Shown here in pieces: positions 60,130-64,000 of a DNA stretch of 64,000 bases. The notes under the pieces were generated by a model. The model ran no database searches, was not told the origin of the DNA, and was given only the letters and a program-made list of their open reading frames with translations. The position numbers and the translations under genes are program-made. Origin of the DNA: Candidatus Poribacteria bacterium (lineage in GTDB: Bacteria > Poribacteria > WGA-4E > WGA-3G). Where the stretch lies: NCBI GenBank assembly GCA_965214095.1, contig OZ243938.1:1152001-1216000 (forward strand), given 5' to 3'. Position 1 is the stretch's first letter, and every line of letters starts with the position of its first letter.

Positions 60130-61149
60130 GGTTTACTCCTCCAATGTCAGTTTGATTGAACTAAAAAGATGATTGTATGACTAAGGTGATGATAGTATGT
60201 GGCAATAATACACCGTAGATATAATAGATACATATATGCAAAGAACGTATCGTATTATTCTTAGGATGTCTGTCAGATAGATATGCTATCATCAATAGTA
60301 AACCCAAATTATATGCAAGTATAAACTGGTTAACTACTTCCGCAAAAACGGAAATTTGGGTTTACCAAATAGTACATCACAGATGTATTGCATTCAGAAA
60401 ATAATTACTTCTGAAACAATAATGGTATAAAGATGGTTGTATGGCATTCATTCTGACATGTGTGAAATCATCAACCTGAATGCCTTAACTAACTGAAGTT
60501 GTTAAACTTAGCTGAAGGTAGGTATATTTTTCTCATGGTCCGTTCTCCCCGGATTTAACACGTCATTAGACGTGGATTTAAAGCATCTGCAGCTATTGTG
60601 TGAATTAGTAAATGTACACGACTCTAATTCTATTGATAACTCGCAGTGATGAACTTTAATAATCTACTGGACACAAAAAATATATATATGATAGGTATAT
60701 AAATAAGTATAAATAAAATATTATAAAGTATGAATTCTGTTGAAAATACTAATGTAGTTGAAAAAATCCTTCTTCTTATGTGAAATCTGAATCATCTTTC
60801 AAATATCATAATGACAGATTAACTGCGATATATATAGTAGCAATTGTGATTATCTTATACTGTAATTTCATATAATGACATTAATATTTTCAAAAATGAC
60901 TAAAAGTTTAATACTATTTATGATTTTATCAAATTTGACTTTTTAAGTCAACTACTTTAAAAAAGAAAAATGCATAATTTGTTAGAATTATAACAAGATT
61001 CGTTATTTTTTTCTAAATATAACCAAAATTGCCACCAATTTCATTGCAGGAATGGTTTCCAACCCCGATTTCATGAGACTTAACATTAGAATCTGAGATC
61101 CAACTACGACAGATACCATAAAATAAACCTAATACCACCTATAATTCAG

Positions 61150-61178
61150 TTGACATTCTGAAGACTAATCCTTATACT
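61150..61178 (+). promoter_or_regulatory. Putative sigma70 promoter
   Basis: TTGACA-17 bp-TATACT. Confidence 0.55.
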
Positions 61179-61224
61179 ATTTTAGAAATAAACAATCCAT
61201 ACTAACGTCGTACAATATCTGAAA

Positions 61225-61956
61225 ATGAAACATATAATTCTCTCAGTCCTCCTCATAATTAACCTGCCGGTAGTAGCACTTACTCAGTCAGAATATACGA
61301 TACCCAAAAAACATCGTGTCATTCAAGAAAAAACGATACAATCACAAAATTCATCAATAGGAACAAAGTTCTCAGATATTAGATTCACATCATTGAATGG
61401 TAACATACATTCCATATTATCACTCACACAACAAGGACCAGTCATTTTTGTGTTCCTTTCTGCCGAATGTCCAGTCGCACAAAGATATGCAATGCGACTA
61501 AAGCGAATGCACAAAGAATTTAAAGACAAACACGTAACTATCGTAGGGGTCTATTCAAACGAAAACGACTCTGCAGAAGATGTTCAAGCATATTTGAAAA
61601 AAGCAGAATATCTGTTTCCAATTGTAAAAGACAGAGATGGTAGTTTAGCCCGTCATCTCGGCGCAACAATGACACCTCAAGCACATCTTATTGATACAGA
61701 AAAGGTCTTACGTTTCCGCGGTCCGATTGACGATAATCGCTACGTAACCCGAGTGAAACACAATTATTTAAAAGATGCATTAGTCGCTGTCCTAAGTGGT
61801 AAAAAAATTAAGATCAAAGAAACCCCCGCCTTCGGATGCACAATCCACCTACCTGATCTACCCGTTCAAAAACCGGTTATATACAACAAACATATTACAC
61901 ACATTGTTGAAAACTTGAGAATTATCTTTAGTTTTCTGATAGATACATTGAAATAG
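61225..61956 (+). CDS. Exported redoxin/thioredoxin-like protein, possibly 3'-truncated
   Basis: Signal peptide; FLSAECPVA, GATMTP, RGPIDD, AFGC. Confidence 0.8.
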   Translation: MKHIILSVLLIINLPVVALTQSEYTIPKKHRVIQEKTIQSQNSSIGTKFSDIRFTSLNGNIHSILSLTQQGPVIFVFLSAECPVAQRYAMRLKRMHKEFKDKHVTIVGVYSNENDSAEDVQAYLKKAEYLFPIVKDRDGSLARHLGATMTPQAHLIDTEKVLRFRGPIDDNRYVTRVKHNYLKDALVAVLSGKKIKIKETPAFGCTIHLPDLPVQKPVIYNKHITHIVENLRIIFSFLIDTLK

Positions 61957-61965
61957 CATTTATCA

Positions 61966-62160
61966 TAGTTTTCGATAATTCTGATACATTTGTTCACATA
62001 TCAATATAAAGCAATGCATAGTAGTAGGCACACTCCGTGTGCCGTATACCCTAGAGTACAGGATAGATGGCACACGGACTATGCCGTATACCTTAGAGCA
62101 CTGAATAGACGGCACACGGAGTGTGCCTACTACCATTAACATTTATGAAGATTAGAACTA
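61966..62160. repeat. Family C REPIN-like element with an extra internal unit
   Basis: Same leader and GTAGTAGGCACAC ends as 39127-39263 but three GGCACAC hairpins. Confidence 0.75.
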
Positions 62161-62254
62161 AATAACCCTACCCAAATATCACAAATATCTTGAAATCAAG
62201 ACACAATTGTGCTAAATTAAAAAAACAAACAGAACATAAGGAGAACAACAGATT

Positions 62255-63106
62255 ATGCCAAAATTTGGTGTGAATTTATTATTATGGGCAGATAAGTTTG
62301 ACAAAGAAACCGCAGACCTAATACCGAAGGTCGCTGAAATGGGATTTGATGGTGTTGAAATACCTGTCTTTGACCCTGAAACCGTGGACATTCCATACAC
62401 ACAAGCACTACTCAAAGATACAGGAATTGAGACAATCGGTTGCAACATCATGGCAGGGGATAGGAATCCTATTGACGAAGATCCTGCTATTCGTAAAAAC
62501 GGAAGAGAATATCTCAAACGCACAATTGAGGTCATCGCAGAATTAGGAGCAGATACACTCGTAGGACCGATGTACAGTGCCGTTGGCAATCTCGTTGGAC
62601 GCGGAAGAAACGATCAAGAATGGGGTTGGTGTGTTGAAGGACTACAGGAAGTGTCAGAATTCGGTGAAAAACACGGAGTCACACTCGCAAGTGAACCTCT
62701 CAACCGGTTTGAAACTTATTTCGTCAACATCGCAGAAGATGCAGTCAAACTCTGTAAAGCTGTGGATAGTCCATACTTCAAGGTGCATCTGGATACATTC
62801 CACATGAACATTGAAGAAAAGAACCAAGCTGACGCTATTGTTAATACTGGAGATTACCTACACCACATGCACTGTTGTGAAAATGATAGGGGAACACCCG
62901 GCACAGGACTTGTTGATTGGGAAGGTGTTTTCGGTGCATTGGCAAAGGTCAATTATGATAGATGGCTCGTAATTGAGTCCTTTACGCCTGCAGTGAAGGA
63001 GATTGCCGCAGCAACATGTATCTGGCGCGATATCGCACCAAGTGCTGAAAGTCTCGCTACAGATGGACTCGCATTCCTTAAACAGAAAGCAGCCGAATAT
63101 CTGTAG
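62255..63106 (+). CDS. D-psicose/D-tagatose 3-epimerase-like sugar phosphate isomerase/epimerase
   Basis: GFDGVEIP, EPLNRFE, HLDTFHMNIEE, ENDRGTPGTG, IESF. Confidence 0.9.
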   Translation: MPKFGVNLLLWADKFDKETADLIPKVAEMGFDGVEIPVFDPETVDIPYTQALLKDTGIETIGCNIMAGDRNPIDEDPAIRKNGREYLKRTIEVIAELGADTLVGPMYSAVGNLVGRGRNDQEWGWCVEGLQEVSEFGEKHGVTLASEPLNRFETYFVNIAEDAVKLCKAVDSPYFKVHLDTFHMNIEEKNQADAIVNTGDYLHHMHCCENDRGTPGTGLVDWEGVFGALAKVNYDRWLVIESFTPAVKEIAAATCIWRDIAPSAESLATDGLAFLKQKAAEYL

Positions 63107-63168
63107 AATCACCAACATCAAACGCAAATTACATGCCACAAGGCGAATCGCACAATGGAGGGAATAAA

Positions 63169-64000
63169 ATGCACCGTCTCAACTGGATCTGTCTGTTCTG
63201 CTTGATCCTATTTGCTGCATCTCTAACAATTTACGCAGAAAATCCAAACGCTACTGCCGAGGAAACAGAGAAGAATACTGTTGATGAGGCACGATTTCTC
63301 ACAAATGTCCGACAACTCACTTATGATGGAAAACGTGCAGGTGAAGGATACTTCTCTGAAGATGGTAATGCATTGATTTTCCAAAGTGAGCGGGAACCTG
63401 ACAATCCTTTCTATCAAATATATCTTCTGAATTTACTAACGGGAGATACGCACCGGGTTTCTCCTGGTATAGGCAAAACCACCTGTGCATTCTTTCGTAC
63501 CGGAACAGATGAAGTCTTATACGCATCTACACATCACGATATCTATGCAAAGGTAAAGCAAGAAGAAGAAATCAAATTCAGAGAGTCGGGTAAGGAACGC
63601 CGCTATAGTTGGGATTACGATGAGATGATGGACATCTTCTCTGCAAATCAGGATGGAAGTAACCTTAAGCAGCTAACAGACTCACACGGCTACGATGCCG
63701 AAGGTTCATATTCTCCTGATGGCAAATATATCGTCTTTTGCTCTTTACGCCATGCATATCCAAAGAGTGAACTATCTCCTAAAGACCTGAAACAACTTGA
63801 AGTGGATCCCTCCTATTTCGGTGAAATCTATATCATGAATGCCGATGGCTCTAATCAAAGACGATTGACAGATTGGGATGGCTATGATGGTGGTCCATTC
63901 TTTACCCCAGATGGACAACGCATAGTATGGCGGCATTTCTCAAAAGACGGTGCAACTGCGGATATCTACACAATGCAGTTGGATGGCACTGATGTTCAGA
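63169..64000 (+). CDS. Secreted TolB-like PD40 beta-propeller protein (runs off the window)
   Basis: GGAGGG RBS; MHRLNW.. signal peptide; RQLTYDGKRAGEGYFSEDG, GYDAEGSYSPDG, GYDGGPFFTPDG. Confidence 0.85.
   Translation, partial: MHRLNWICLFCLILFAASLTIYAENPNATAEETEKNTVDEARFLTNVRQLTYDGKRAGEGYFSEDGNALIFQSEREPDNPFYQIYLLNLLTGDTHRVSPGIGKTTCAFFRTGTDEVLYASTHHDIYAKVKQEEEIKFRESGKERRYSWDYDEMMDIFSANQDGSNLKQLTDSHGYDAEGSYSPDGKYIVFCSLRHAYPKSELSPKDLKQLEVDPSYFGEIYIMNADGSNQRRLTDWDGYDGGPFFTPDGQRIVWRHFSKDGATADIYTMQLDGTDVQ

Overview
Bacterial chromosomal window, about 40% GC by eye. The gene content (internalin-like LRR lipoprotein, ECF-sigma/WD40 fusion, cadherin-repeat lipoprotein, many GTAG-type REPs) suggests Candidatus Poribacteria or a similar symbiont; this taxon call is inference only. 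Housekeeping blocks are recX-alaS-DUF948-ytxH, a tetrapyrrole cluster (hemB-hemL-polyprenyl synthase-sirC-like-ccsA, then hemA-hemC-cobA/hemD), slt, nadB, valS, and lpxL-lptC-lptA-lptB-rpoN-hpf. The most striking unexplained structure is a layered mobile-DNA system. (i) A 2.8 kb transposase-less segment bounded by perfect 20-bp terminal inverted repeats (TIRs) and a 9-10 bp direct repeat carries a GC-richer S55 peptidase gene and a broken ABC-binding-protein fragment. (ii) Several MITE-like TIR shells enclose different GTAG REP hairpins. (iii) An IS231-like IS4 element sits in a REP hairpin and has duplicated the whole 20-bp hairpin. Other notable items: a tandem array of five paralogous secreted DUF3108-like genes overlapping hemB, an internally duplicated SirC/Met8, an extra segment inside RpoN, a lipoprotein pair sharing a V/E/I-rich N-terminal module, and several decayed gene remnants. 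No rRNA, tRNA or CRISPR array was seen.
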